DNA of 64,000 nt. Origin: Anaeramoeba ignava BMAN (lineage: Eukaryota > Protista > Anaeramoebae). A model generated the notes under the pieces. It was not told the origin of the DNA, did not search any database, and saw only the letters and a list, made by a program, of their open reading frames with translations. Below, piece by piece: positions 37,640-53,360 of this stretch. The stretch lies in NCBI GenBank assembly GCA_028826165.1, contig JAPDFW010000125.1, positions 620,001-684,000 on the forward strand. The letters are read 5' to 3'. The first letter of the stretch is position 1. Each line of letters opens with the position of its first letter. A program made the position numbers and the translations under genes.

Positions 37640-40383
37640 ATGGATTTTCCAGTTTTATTTAAATCTGAAGAAGATTTAAACGGAAAAATTGAAAATTTTC
37701 AAACATTTATATCATTTTCACAATTTATTAAAAATAAAGAAGAAAATCAAGAAGAAAATCAAGAAGAAAAAAAAATTTTATTTTATCCATCAATGGCTCA
37801 ACAAAGACTCTCATTTGTTTTAAATATTTTGAATAGATTTGATTATGAAGATATTTTAGATATTGGATGTGGTTCAGGTTATCTTATTCAGTTTCTGTCT
37901 CAACACTATCTTAAATCTTCTAGAATTTATGGAATTGATAAAAATTTAAATTCACTTCGTCAAGCTAATAATCTTTTAAAATTAAATATTCCTTGGAAAT
38001 TTAATCAAACTTATTTTAAAAATTTATTTGATTCAGACAAAAATGAAATTCCTAAAAAAATTGTTTTGCAATTATTTCTTGGTTCTTTATTTAATATTTC
38101 AAGAAAATTCGCAAATAAAATTCATTTTGATGTTGTAACTTGTATTGAAGTGTAATTTATTTTAAAATTAAAATTAAAATTCATTTATAAAATTCAAATT
38201 AAAATCAAAATTAAAATTCATTTATTCATATTAAAATTAAAATTAAAAATTAAAATTATAATTAAAATTAAAATTAAATTAAAATTAAAAATTAAAATTA
38301 AAAATTAAAATTAAAATTAAAAAGAAAATTTTTAAAATTAAAATTAAAATTATTTGTTTTAAAATTAAAAATAAATTTAAAATTAAAAATAATTAAAATT
38401 AAAATTCATTTATAAAATTAAAATTAAAATTAAAATCAAAAAATTAAAAATTAAAATTAAAATTAAAATTAAAATTAAAATTAAAATTAAAAATTAAAAT
38501 TAAAATTAAAATTAAAATTAAAATTAAAATTAAAATTAAAATTATTTTATAAAATTCAAAATTAAAATTAAAATTAAAATTAAAATTAAAATTAAAATTA
38601 AAATCAAATTCAAATTAAAAATTAAATTAAAATTAAAAATTAAAATTAAATTAAAATTAAATTAAAAATTAAAATTAAAATTCATTTATAAAATTCATTT
38701 ATAAAATTAAAATTGTTTATAAAATTAAAATTAAAATTAAAATTAAAATTAAAATTAAAATTAAAATTAAAATCAAAATCAAAATCAAAATTAAAATCAA
38801 AATAAAAATTAAAATTAAAATTAAAATTAAAATTAAAATTAAAATTAAAATTAAAATTAAAATTAAAATTAAAATTAAAATTAAAATTAAAATTAAAATT
38901 AAAATTAAAATTAAAATTAAAATTCATTTATAAAATTAAAATTAAAATTCATTTTAAAATTAAAATTAAAATTAAAATTAAAATTAAAATTCATTTATAA
39001 AATTAAAATTAAAATTCATTTATAAAATTATTCATAAATAATATAGAATAGAACATGTTCATGAAATCAGAAGTTGAAGATTTTTCATTTAAAATATTTT
39101 CTATTTTAAGACCGAAATTAATATTGATAACAACACCTAATACAGAATACAACGAAATAATACACAATCACACAATAGAAAACATTGAATTTAATCCCAA
39201 TAAATTAAGAGACTTAGATCATAAATTTGAATGGAATAGAAAACAATTTTATGAATGGGCAAAAAAAACATCCAAAATTTATGGATATACCTTTCAATTT
39301 GGGGAATTTGGAAGAATTATTGATGATACAGAACCTCATCAAAAAGGAATGTGTACTCAATTTTGTATTTTCCAATTGAATGAAAAATTACCAAAATTTA
39401 AAGAATTAAATCATTTCTCAGAATTCTCTTCATTTCCAAAAAAAGAGATTGAATTATTTTCAGAAATAATTTATTCACCAAAAGTTATCATTGAAAAAAG
39501 AACTCAAGAAGAAATCGTTATCGATGAAATTAAATATTTTTATCGAAATCTTCTTTTAATATCTGGGCTAGGATATTTTAGTGATGATAACGAAGATTAT
39601 TATGAAAATAATAATGAAAATAATAATGAAAATAATAATGAAAATAATAATGAAAATAATAATGAAAATAATAATGAAAATAATAATGAAAATGATGAAA
39701 ATAATAATGAAAATATTAATGAAAATAATAATGAAAATAATAATGAAAATAATAATAGTACTTTTCAACATTTTCAAGAATATTTGAATTCTGATTGGAA
39801 TACTAATAATGATGAATTTGATTGGGGTGAATCTGAGTCTCAACAAATTGATTATTGGAATTCTCCTCAAGAAAATCAAAAAGAAAATCAAAATGAAAAT
39901 GAAAATGAAAATCAAAATGAAAATCAAAATGAAAATCAAATTGAAAATCAAAATGAAAATCAAATTGAAAATCAAAATGAAAATCAAAATCAAAATCAAA
40001 ATCAAAATCAAAATCAAAATCAAATTGAAAATCAAAATCAAATTGAAAATCAAAATGAAAATGAAAATCAAAATGAAAATCAAATTGAAAATCAAAATGA
40101 AAATCAAATTGAAAATCAAATTGAAAATCAAATTGAAAATGAAAATCAAAATGAAAATCAAAATCAAAATGAAACTCGTAAAAATTATCAAATTCTTGAT
40201 GATAATCGTGTTGTTTTTCCTTTATCAATATTTTTTTCTTTCCATAAAATTTCCAAAATTTGTAATAATGATGAAAAATATCTTGAACAAATTATTAATG
40301 AATCTTCAATATTCACAACAATTAAAATGAATGAATTAAATCAAATAGGGATTGTTCCAAAAAAAGGAACATCTCTTTTGTAA
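37640..40383 (+). CDS. HEN1: HEN1-type small-RNA 2'-O-methyltransferase; apparent one-base frameshift at ~39064-39066
   Basis: Exons 37640-38151, 39047-40383. FYPSMAQQR, ILDIGCGSG, CIEVIEH, ITTPNTEYN, RDLDHKFEWNRKQFYEWA, TQFCIF. Long N/E/Q low-complexity C-terminal insert. Confidence 0.88.
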
Positions 40384-40444
40384 ATCAAAGAATAAACTCT
40401 CCAAACAAGAAAATAATTATTTTATTTAATTTTTCCAAAAAAAT

Positions 40445-41596
40445 TCAAAAAACTTTCACATGAATCATTGAAGGTCCACTTTCTTGATATTCTTCCCAAG
40501 TATAACATTTATCAAAAAATGTTTGTGATCTTGCATACATGGAAGCTCCTTTCCAAACTAAATTTTCCCGATTTTCAAGAGCAAAAACTTGTGCATCAGG
40601 AAAAAAACAACGAATTTCTTTTTCAATTCGATTTTCCAAAAAAGGAAATAAACTTGAACCTCCTGCAAGAATAATATTATGATAAAAATCATCTCGAATA
40701 TCAATATCACATCTTTCGATTGATTTTAAAATCAAGGAAGAAATTCCAGGCGAATTTCTGTTTATAATTGATGGATTAAATAAAATTTCTGGAACTAAAA
40801 ATCTTTCTTTTCCAATTTTGAAATTTTTATCATTTGAAATTTCCAAAGTTTTCTCAAAATTTTCTGGATTTTTTTCGAAATTTTTTGTTTCTTCATTCAA
40901 ATCCAAAGCAACATAACAAAATTCTTCTTTAATTTTCTGCAATAATTGATATTCAAAAGAAATTTTTGATTGAAACGATGAATATTGATTTTGAAAGATC
41001 AAATTTCCTAAATATTTTGTCAAATCATCACCTCCAATATTTAGAATTTGGGTTGCATGAGGAAGACAATAAGTATCATAAACAGGAGTTAAATAACAAG
41101 ATTTTCCAATTTCAATAATAAAAGCAGTTGGTTTTTTAATTGAATACAAACAAGCTTGAGCAGTGATTAAATAATAGAATCCTCTTAAATTATAAGTTTC
41201 AAATATGATTTGTACAACTTTTTCTCTGTTCGCTTTTGGAGTTAGTGGTGATTCTGTTATTAATCCAAGACTTTCTTCAGTGACTATTTTCAATTCATCG
41301 AATAAAATATGATTCCAAATTTTTTCCATATTTTCCCAATTTTTTATCTTTCCATTTTCAAATGTTTCAGTTAATTCAATAAACGAAGATAATGAATAAC
41401 ATTCATTTCCAATGATATTTTTTTGCTTTTTACTTTTTAATCCTTTATGGTTCATTTTTCCAATAATATTTGGCATTTCAAATCGAGGAATTGTTTCTCC
41501 TGCAAATCCTGCTTTTAAAGAATAAGAACCATTATCAATAACAAAAATCGAAGGGATTTCATCTCCAAAATAATTTTTTAAATCAATTGGTTCCAT
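40445..41596 (-). CDS. Divergent intronless actin / actin-related protein (383 aa)
   Basis: VIDNGSYSLKAGFAG, TESPLTPKANREK, IGGDDLT, IKEEFCYVA, ERFLVPEILF, EYQESGPSMIH. Likely start is ATG 41596; the 5' extension of the ORF is a low-complexity leader. Confidence 0.9.
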   Translation of the reverse strand: MEPIDLKNYFGDEIPSIFVIDNGSYSLKAGFAGETIPRFEMPNIIGKMNHKGLKSKKQKNIIGNECYSLSSFIELTETFENGKIKNWENMEKIWNHILFDELKIVTEESLGLITESPLTPKANREKVVQIIFETYNLRGFYYLITAQACLYSIKKPTAFIIEIGKSCYLTPVYDTYCLPHATQILNIGGDDLTKYLGNLIFQNQYSSFQSKISFEYQLLQKIKEEFCYVALDLNEETKNFEKNPENFEKTLEISNDKNFKIGKERFLVPEILFNPSIINRNSPGISSLILKSIERCDIDIRDDFYHNIILAGGSSLFPFLENRIEKEIRCFFPDAQVFALENRENLVWKGASMYARSQTFFDKCYTWEEYQESGPSMIHVKVF

Positions 41597-44435
<2,839 letters not shown>

Positions 44436-44658
44436 TTTAATTAACAAAAAAATTTTCATTTTTTTTGAATGTATTTTAAAAAAAATTTGAATTTGATTTT
44501 GATTTTTTTATTAAAAAAGAAAAAAGAAAAAAATTTTAGAAAGAACTTTTTTGATTGATTTTGATTGATTTTTTGATTGATACAAAAAAGAAAAAGAAAA
44601 AGAAAAAGAAAAAGAAAAAGAAAAAAATTTGAAAATGAATATTTTTTTGGAAATTTGT

Positions 44659-46472
44659 TTAAATCAAAGAACAAAGTTTCTTTTTCTTTGGTTTCTCAAC
44701 TTTTTCTGTATCATCTTGATTTAACTTTTTTTTCCATTTCCGAATTTCACGAACAAGTTCTTCAAAACATTGAGGAACATTCATTCCAGTTTTTGCAGAA
44801 CTAAAAAAAAATATCAAAAAAATTTATAAATTTAGATTATTTTTGATTAGATTATTTTTAATTGAATTATTTTTTAAATTTGAATTATTTTTGATTGGAT
44901 TATTTTTGATTAAATTATTTTTGATTAAATTATTTTTTAAATTTGGATTATTTTTGATTGGATTATTTTTGATTAAATTATTTTATAAATTTGGATTATT
45001 TTTGATTAAATTATTTTTGATTAAATTATTTTTGATTAGATTATTTTATAAATTTGAATTATTTTTGATTGGATTATTTTTGATTAAATTTGAATTATTT
45101 TTGATTGAATTATTTTTGATTAAATTATTTTTGATTAAATTTAGATTATTTTTGATTAAATTATTTTTGATTAAATTATTTTTGATTAAATTATTTTTGA
45201 TTAAATTATTTTATAAATTTAGATTATTTTTGATTAAATTATTTTTGATTAAATTATTTTTTACGTTTCCATAAATTTTGATTTAAAAGATGAAGAGAGT
45301 TCTTGACCTTGTTGATATGTTATTCGTCTTTCATTTTCTAAATCTAAAAATTTAATAAATAAATAAATAAATAATTTAAAAAAGAATTTTGATTGGTTTT
45401 TTTTTTCTTAAAAAAATACCTGCTTTATTTCCAACAGTAATAACAGGAGTATAACAATATTCTTTTATTCTTTGAAGTGTTTGATGAAAATTTTTTGCTT
45501 CAACAAAACTTGGGTCTGAAGTTACACTATAAACGATAATAAAACCTTCTCCAGTTTGAAAATACTAATAATTTTATTTAAATTCAAAAAAGTAAAAATT
45601 TTTTTGATTTGTTTTTGTATTTATTTAAAAAAAAAATAATTTAATTCATACTTTATCACGAATTGAACGGTATTCATCTTGACCTGCAGTATCTAAAACT
45701 TCTAATAATGTTGGTTCTTGGTCTATAATAACCATTTTTCTATAACTTTCCTCTAAAAATTTATAAATTTATAATTAAAATTAAAATTAAATTTATAATT
45801 AAAATTGATATTAAATTTATAATTAAAATTGATATTGAATTTAAAATTTAAAATTGATATTAAATTTATAATTAAAATTGGTATTAAATTTATAATTAAA
45901 ATTGGTTTTAAATTTATAATTAAAATTGATATTAAATTTATAATTTAAATTGATATTAAATTTATAATTTAAAATTGATATTAAATTTATAATTAAAATT
46001 GATATTAAATTTATAATTTAAATTGATATTAAATTTATAATTTAAATATAATTAAAAATTGATATTAAATTTATAATTAAAATTGATATTAAATTTATAA
46101 TTAAAATTGATATTAAATTTATAATTAAAATTGGTATTAAATTTATAATTTAAAATTGATATTAAATTTAAAATTTAAAATTGGTTTTTCTCATAAAAAA
46201 AATTTTTTTACCAATTGTTGGATCATAATCTTCAACAAATTTACTTTGAAGATATCTTAAAGTTAAACAAGATTTCCCAACTGATTTTTTCAATAAATTA
46301 AAATAAAATAAAATGATCAATTTAAGTTTTATCAAATCAATTAAAAAAAATTTTTTTTAATTAGGATCAAATTGGTTTATTTTGAATTATTATTTATTAT
46401 TTTGTTTTAAAATGTTTTAAAATTACCAGATCCTGAACCAACAACAACAATTTTGCAAGATTCTTCTGACAT
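44659..46472 (-). CDS. Ras-family small GTPase (193 aa) with CaaX
   Basis: Exons 46472-46427, 46280-46212, 45752-45652, 45564-45420, 45343-45265, 44800-44659. [40 protein letters not shown]. Confidence 0.95.
44830..45260. repeat. Intronic 15-nt repeat (TTATTTTTGATTAAA)n
   Basis: Last intron of Ras. Confidence 0.9.
45790..46185. repeat. Intronic 24-nt repeat (AAATTGATATTAAATTTATAATTA)n
   Basis: Ras intron 2. Confidence 0.9.
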
Positions 46473-46684
46473 TTAAATAATAAAAAAAAGAGAAAATAAA
46501 AAATGCGAAAAAAAAAATATAAAATGGGAAAACTAATCAAAAAAGAAACAAAGAAACAAAGAAAAACAAAAAGAAAAAGAAAAAGAAAAAGAAAATGAAA
46601 GAAAATGAAAAATGTTTTTTTGGAAAAGTTTTTGAAAAATTTTTTTTTTTGAAATTAAAAGAAAAAAAAGAGAAAAAAAAACTT

Positions 46685-48872
46685 TCATTTTAATTCTTTA
46701 AGAATTTGAATTAAATTTTTCAATCCAAAAACAAAACCATCTTCATCTTGACCTTCTGGAATATTATCATAACTATGAGCGAAATCAATCCAATAAAGTT
46801 TTGGATTTAATTTTCCTTCTCCATCATAAAGGAATAATAAACTTGAAGAAAATGAACGAAGTTTTTTAAATTGAATCATTAAATCATAAAATTTTTCGAT
46901 TTTCTCCAAGTAAAATTTCTGAAGTTCTTCAAAAAATTCAACTCCATTAAAGAAGAATTGGTATAATTCTTTTGGAAATTGTTCTTTTGGCATTGTTTGT
47001 CCAACTTTTCTTTCAAATTTAGTAAATTCTTTCTTTTCTTTCAAATATACCTTTTTGGATTAAATAAATATTAAAATAAATATTAAATAAATATTAAATA
47101 ATAAATATAAAATATTAAATATTAAATAAATATTAAATATTAAAATAATAAATATTAAATATTAAATATTAAAATAATAAATATTAAATAATAAATATAA
47201 AATAATAAATATAAAATATTAAATATTAAATATTAAAATAAATAATAAATAATAAATAATAAATAATAAATATTAAATATTAAATATTAAATATTAAAAT
47301 TAATATTAAATTTAAATAAAAATAAACTACTTTTCTTCCAGCTAATCTGAATCCTAAAGAAGAAGAAGTAGATTTTAAACATTTCTCAGTTTGAATTCTA
47401 GCTTTTTCAGGATCAGCATCCAAACCATGACCACGAGTACCCATTTTAATATCCATCATACAAGGTTTTGAATAACCAGCAGTTAAATCGTCCATAACAA
47501 TATATCTAACATAACCATCAGGAACTGATTTTGAAGTAGCAAGATCATTTATCATAAATTCTCTCATTGACTCCCCTTTTTTGAGTTTCTCTGAACTTAA
47601 ATCAACATATCCCATTGCTTGTGGAACAAATGGAAGAAAACAATTCAATTCTTTTTTTGATGATAAAAGATGATAAAAATCTCCTTCTAATTGTAAACAT
47701 GGTTTGCAAACTTTGTTTCCTTTTAATTTCAATAAAGAACCATGTCCTCCAACTTGATTATTAAATGTTCCTTGGATTAATATTTCACACTAATTAATAA
47801 TTTTTGATCCAATTTTTAAATTTGGAAAATATTTTGAATTTTTCTTTTAAAAAATAATTGAACAAATTTTTTTCCGATTTTGAAAATTCGGAAAAAAAAA
47901 GATTTAAATGGAAGATAAAATAATTTACTTCTTCAACTTTTTTCTGAACAGATTTAGTGATTAACTTTAATTAGAAAAAAATAAAATTAAAATTAAAATT
48001 AAAATTAAAATTAAAATTCAAAATTAAAATACATCTTGAATATCTTCGGTTTTTTTAACAGAAACTTCATAGAAAAGTGCTTTGTTTTTGTTTGCAAATT
48101 CTCCAATTTCTTCACTTTTAATAACTTTTTCATTTTCACTATCATTTTTATTTCCAACAATTACTAATAAAGAATTTCTTTTGAATTGAAATGGAACAAA
48201 ATTAATCCAATGTTCTAAATTTTGGAAACTTTCTCGACTTTGTTTTTTTCAAATAAATAAAAAATTGAATAAAATAAAATTAAAAAAATATTAGAAAATA
48301 AATTATTTACTTTTTCAAATCAAAAACAAAAAAATAAATTTGAAATGTTGAAAAAATTGATTCAATTTCATTTGCTAGTTCAAGTTTTCCAGGCTAAAAT
48401 ATAAATTGATTAAAAAAATAAAACAAAGAAAAAGAAATTATAAGGAAAAAAGTGGAAAATATTTTTTTTACTGTATCAAATAAAGTAAGTTCAACAACAA
48501 TATCATTGACTTGAATTTTTGATGTTTGTGTTAATTTTTGGAGTTTTTCTGTTGGAACATAATCTAAAAAAAAAGAAATCAAAAATTTAAATCAAAAATT
48601 TTTTTATCATTTTAAAAGAAAATTTTACTTGTTTCGATTGGTTTTTGGAAAAGGAATTGAGAAATAATTGAAGTTTTTCCAACTCCTAATTAATAAAATA
48701 ATAAATAATTAAGAATAAGAATTATTAAAAAAAAAAAAAGCAAAAATATATTATTTTAATTAATTAAATTGTGAAATTAATTTTTATTAAGGAATAATTA
48801 AAAGAAATGATTTGGTTCGTTTTTTAAAAGAAATTTACCCGAATCACCCAAAAGAATTAAATTCAAATCCAT
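46685..48872 (-). CDS. Fusion of a Rab/Ras-like GTPase and an inositol polyphosphate kinase (IPK family), 443 aa
   Basis: Exons 48872-48839, 48685-48629, 48563-48472, 48393-48311, 48237-48033, 47964-47929, 47789-47331, 47050-46685 (1332 nt). GDSGVGKT, DTPGK, NKND, EVSVK; then QVGGH, PCMMDIKMG, SSSLL, IDFAH. Confidence 0.82.
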
Positions 48873-48974
48873 GAAGAAAAAATGAAAAAAAAAATTCTTA
48901 AATTAAAAAAATTTTTTTTTAAATTTTATTTTTTCATTTTTTTATTCATTTTGAAAAAAATATAAAAAAAGAAA

Positions 48975-51900
48975 ATGAACAAAGAAAAAAAACTAAAAAA
49001 GAAATCTCAAGTGAAAGAAATTGTTAATGAAGTGATTAGAATGTTTAATAATATAAAAATTGATGAATCAGCAATTAATTTTACAGTTGAAACATTTCTT
49101 GATCGAGAAATATCACAAAATCAAGAAGAACTATTTGAATCAATTATTCCTTATATAACAGACTATTTTATTGGAGATGAAGAAGATGATTTGAATTCTA
49201 ATGATGATAAAGATATTGAGGATGTTCTTTTAAATATTGATAATTTATCTCTTGTTAATAATTTGGATTTTAATAAGAAAATTCAAAGTTGGAGTTCTAC
49301 AAAAAAATCTAAGTTATTGGTTCTTATGATATCAAAGCAAATGGATGATATTGGAGTTTTTACCAAGCAATCTAGTAGAATTTCAAATTTATTTATAATT
49401 AAATTATTTACAAAATTAAAATCAATTTTGAAATTAAAATTATTTATAAAATTGAAATTAAAATTATTTATAAAATTAAAATTATTTATAAAATTAAAAT
49501 TAAAATTAAAATTAAAATTAAAATTAAAATTCAAATTCAAATTCAAATTAAAATTAAAATTAAAATTAAAATTATTTATAAAATTGAAATTAAATTATTT
49601 TGAAATTAAAATTTAAATTAAAATTATTTATAAAATTAAAATTAAAATTAAAATTAAAATTAAAATTATTTTGAAATTAAAATTAAAATTAAAATTAAAA
49701 TTTATTTATTTATAAAATTATTTATAAAATTAAAATTAAAATTTAAATCAATTTTGAAATTAAAATTAAAATTAAAATTATTTATAAAATTTAAATCAAT
49801 TTTGAAATTAAAATTAAAATTAAAATTAAAATTAAAATTAAAATTAAAATTAAAATTAAAATTAAAATTAAAATTAAAATTAAAATTAAAATTAAAATTA
49901 AAATTAAAATTAAAATTTATTTATAAAATTAAAATTAAAATTAAAAAAAGAAAAAGAAGAAGAAAAATCTAAAAAATTAGCCAAACCAATATCTATTATT
50001 GAAATAATACAAAGAGAACAAGAAGAACAAGAAAATATGAAGAAATTTAATATTGATTTAGTAAAAAGAGGACAATTCTATGTTTTAAAATATCGAGAAA
50101 GATTTAGTATGTCAAGAGAAGATCGAGAAAAACAAAAATCAAAACTTGAAGAGAAGAAATTAAAAAAAGAATTAAAGGAAATTGAATTAAATAAAAAAAG
50201 AGTAGCTGAATTTGAAGTTGATGAAAAAACATCACAACCTTTAATACCTATTAAAGTTCATTCAACTGAATCTACAAAAAGATCTGGTGATTTTTCAATA
50301 AGAGTTTCAGATATCAGTATTGCATTTGGTGGTTTGTCTCTTTTAGCAGAAGCTGAATTATCAATTTTCCCTGGAAGAAGATATGGTTTAGTTGGAAGAA
50401 ATGGAATTGGTAAAAAATTTGGAAAGAATTTAATTTAATTTAATTTAATTTAATTTAATTTGGAAAGAATTTAATTTGAAAAGAATTTAATTTAATTTAA
50501 TTTGGAAAGAATTTAATTTAATTTGAAAAGAATTTAATTTAATTTGAAAAGAATTTAATTTAATTTGAAAAGATTTTAATTTAATTTGAAAAGATTTTAA
50601 TTTAATTTGGAAAGGATTTAATTTAATTTGGAAAGGATTTAATTTAATTTGAAAAGAATTTAAATTTATTTTGAAAAGGATTTAAATTTATTTAATTTGA
50701 AAAGATTTTAATTTGGAAAGAATTTAATTTAATTTGAAAACAATTTAATTTGATTTGAAAAGAATTTAATTTAATTTGGAAAGAATTTAATTTAATTTGG
50801 AAAGAATTTGATTTGATTTGATTTGAAAAGAATTTAATTTGGAAAGAATTTAATTTGGAAAGAATTTATTTAATTTGGAAAGAATTTAATTTAATTTAAT
50901 TTGAAAACAGTTTGATTTAATTTGAAAAGATTTTAATTTGAAAAGAATTTAATTTGGAAAGAATTTAATTTAATTTGGAAAGAATTTAAATTTTATTTAA
51001 TTTGAAAAGAATTTAATTTAATTTAATTTGGAAAGGATTTAATTTAATTTGAAAAGAATTTAATTTAATTTGGAAACAATTTAATTTAATTTGAAAAGAA
51101 TTTATTTAATTTGAAAAGGATTTATTTTAATTTAATTTGATTTGAAAAGAATTTAATTTGATTTTGAAAGAATTTAATTTAATTTGAAAAGAATTTAATT
51201 GAATTTAATTTAATTTGGAAAGAATTTAATTTAATTTAATTTAATTTGGAAAGAATTTAATTTAATTTAATTTAATTTGGAAAGAATTTATTTAATTTGA
51301 AAAGGATTTAATTTAATTTGGAAAGAGTTTAATTTGATTTAATTTGAAAACAATTTAATTTAATTTGAAAAGGATTTAATTTAATTTAATTTAATTTAAT
51401 TTAATTTGGAAAGAATTTAATTTAATTTGATTTGAATTTAATTTGATTTGAATTTAATTTAATTTGAAAAGAATTTATTTAATTTGAAAAGAATTTAATT
51501 TAATTTAATTTGAAAAGAATTTAATTTAAATTTAATTATTTTAATTTATTCTAAATTTCATTCTAAATTTTAATAAATTAATCAGGAAAAACAACACTCC
51601 TCAGAAAAATCGCTAAAAGAGAATTCAAAATCCCAAAACAAGTTACAATATCATTAGTAGAACAAGAAGTAGTAGGAGATGATCGAACAGCACTTGAACA
51701 TGTTCTTTCATCAGACATCGAAAGAGAAGAACTTCTAAAAGAAGCGCAATACATCGAAGAGCTTCTTGAGCAAAACGAGAACAAAGATAACACAGATAAC
51801 AACGAATCAGATGAATCAATAGTTCATCTTAATAAAAAAGAAGTGGATTTCCACCAAAAACGATTAATCAAAGTATATCAACGACTGGGAGAAATCGACG

Positions 51901-53261
51901 CAGATTCAGCACAAGCACAAGCAGGATCAATTCTCAAAGGATTGGGATTCGAGCAGGACATGCAGCTTAAGACAACTAAGGAACTCAGCGGAGGATGGAG
52001 AATGAGAGTCTCACTTGCACAAGCAATTTTTTCCAATCCTGATGTTCTTCTTTTGGATGAACCAGACAATTTTTTGGATCTCCCAGGAATGATTTGGTTG
52101 GAGGATTACCTCGTCAATAAGTGGGAAAACTCGCTTGTTGTTGTTTCTCATTCGCGAGGCTTTATCAACTCAATATCGACAGATATCATCCATTTTTATA
52201 ACAAAAAATTACATTATTATAAAGGAAATTATGACAGTTTTGAAAAAACTCGAACAGAACAAATGATCAACCAAAACAGAAAATTTGAGAAAAACAAAAT
52301 CCAACGCAAGCACATCCAAAGCTATATCGATAGATTCCGAGTGAGAGCATCAACGGCCAAAATGGCGCAAAGTAGGATCAAATTACTCAACAAAATTGGG
52401 ACTGTCAACCCAGTTATTGGCGATAAGTCAATCAAGTTTTCCTTTGTTTACGAGATCGAACCCATTACCCCGCCAGTGATCCAATGCCTGAATATCACGT
52501 TTGGATACTTCACAAAAGAAGAGCTTATGGATGGTGAACTAAATCAAAATTCAAATGAAAATTCAAATGAAAATCCAAATCAAAATTCAATTGAAAATTC
52601 CAACGGAAATTTGATCCAAAAACTGTCAAAAGAATTTCAACTGACAAAAGAACAAAAAGAAAGAGTACTTCTAGAAAACGTAGATTTGAATATCGATTTA
52701 TCAAGCAGAATAGCAATAGTCGGACCAAATGGACTTGGAAAATCAACATTACTCAAACTAATTGACGGCACATTGGAGCCAATTAGCGGGTCGATTTTCC
52801 GGAACCCCAAAGTAAAAGTGTTCCGGTTCGCACAGCATTTTGTGGATCAGATGGATATGAAGCAGACTCCAGTGGAATATCTGCATGAAATGTTTCCAAG
52901 CACTCCATTGATTGATTTGAGAAAGAAACTCGGATCATTTGGATTAAGTGGAGACGTTGTTTTCCAGAAAATCAGGACTCTAAGTGGCGGGCAAAAGAGC
53001 AGGGTTCTTCTCGCCTCAATCCTTTTGCACAAACCCCAAATTCTTCTTTTGGATGAGCCAAGTTCTTATCTTTCTATTGAAGCTGTTGATGCTCTTATTC
53101 ATGCTTTGAACCAATTTGAAGGCGGTATTATCCTCGTTACTCATGATGAGAGACTTATTTCTCATGTCTGCGACTCTATCTTTATCATCCAGAATAAACG
53201 TTGCGAGTTTTTTGATGGTGATTTTGAGGATTATAAAGATACTTTCAGAAGGAAATTTTAA
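48975..53261 (+). CDS. ABCF3: ABC-F ATPase, ABCF3/GCN20-like (844 aa)
   Basis: Exons 48975-49374, 49951-50409, 51586-53261. GRRYGLVGRNGIGKTTLL, LSGGWRMR, LLLDEP, GPNGLGKS, LSGGQKSR. Confidence 0.9.
50415..51530. repeat. Intronic compound repeat of G(G/A)AAAGAATTT plus (AATTT)n
   Basis: ABCF3 intron 2. Confidence 0.9.
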
Positions 53262-53332
53262 ACCGTTTTTTTTTTAGATTTTTTTTTTTTAAAATAAATT
53301 CAAATAGAATTCAAAAATTAAAAATTAAAATT

Positions 53333-53360
53333 CATTTTTTCATTTTTTTCTTTTCAAAAA
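53333..53360 (+). repeat. 28-nt direct repeat, left copy (CATTTTTTCATTTTTTTCTTTTCAAAAA)
   Basis: Identical to 55222-55249 and near-identical to the leaders of the other RCC1-BTB genes. Confidence 0.9.

Noticed and set aside
46270-46445. Oncogenic-like P-loop change in Ras (GSGSVGKS)
   Set aside because: The Gly12 and Gln61 equivalents are intact, and Ser at position 13 occurs in normal Ras-family members.
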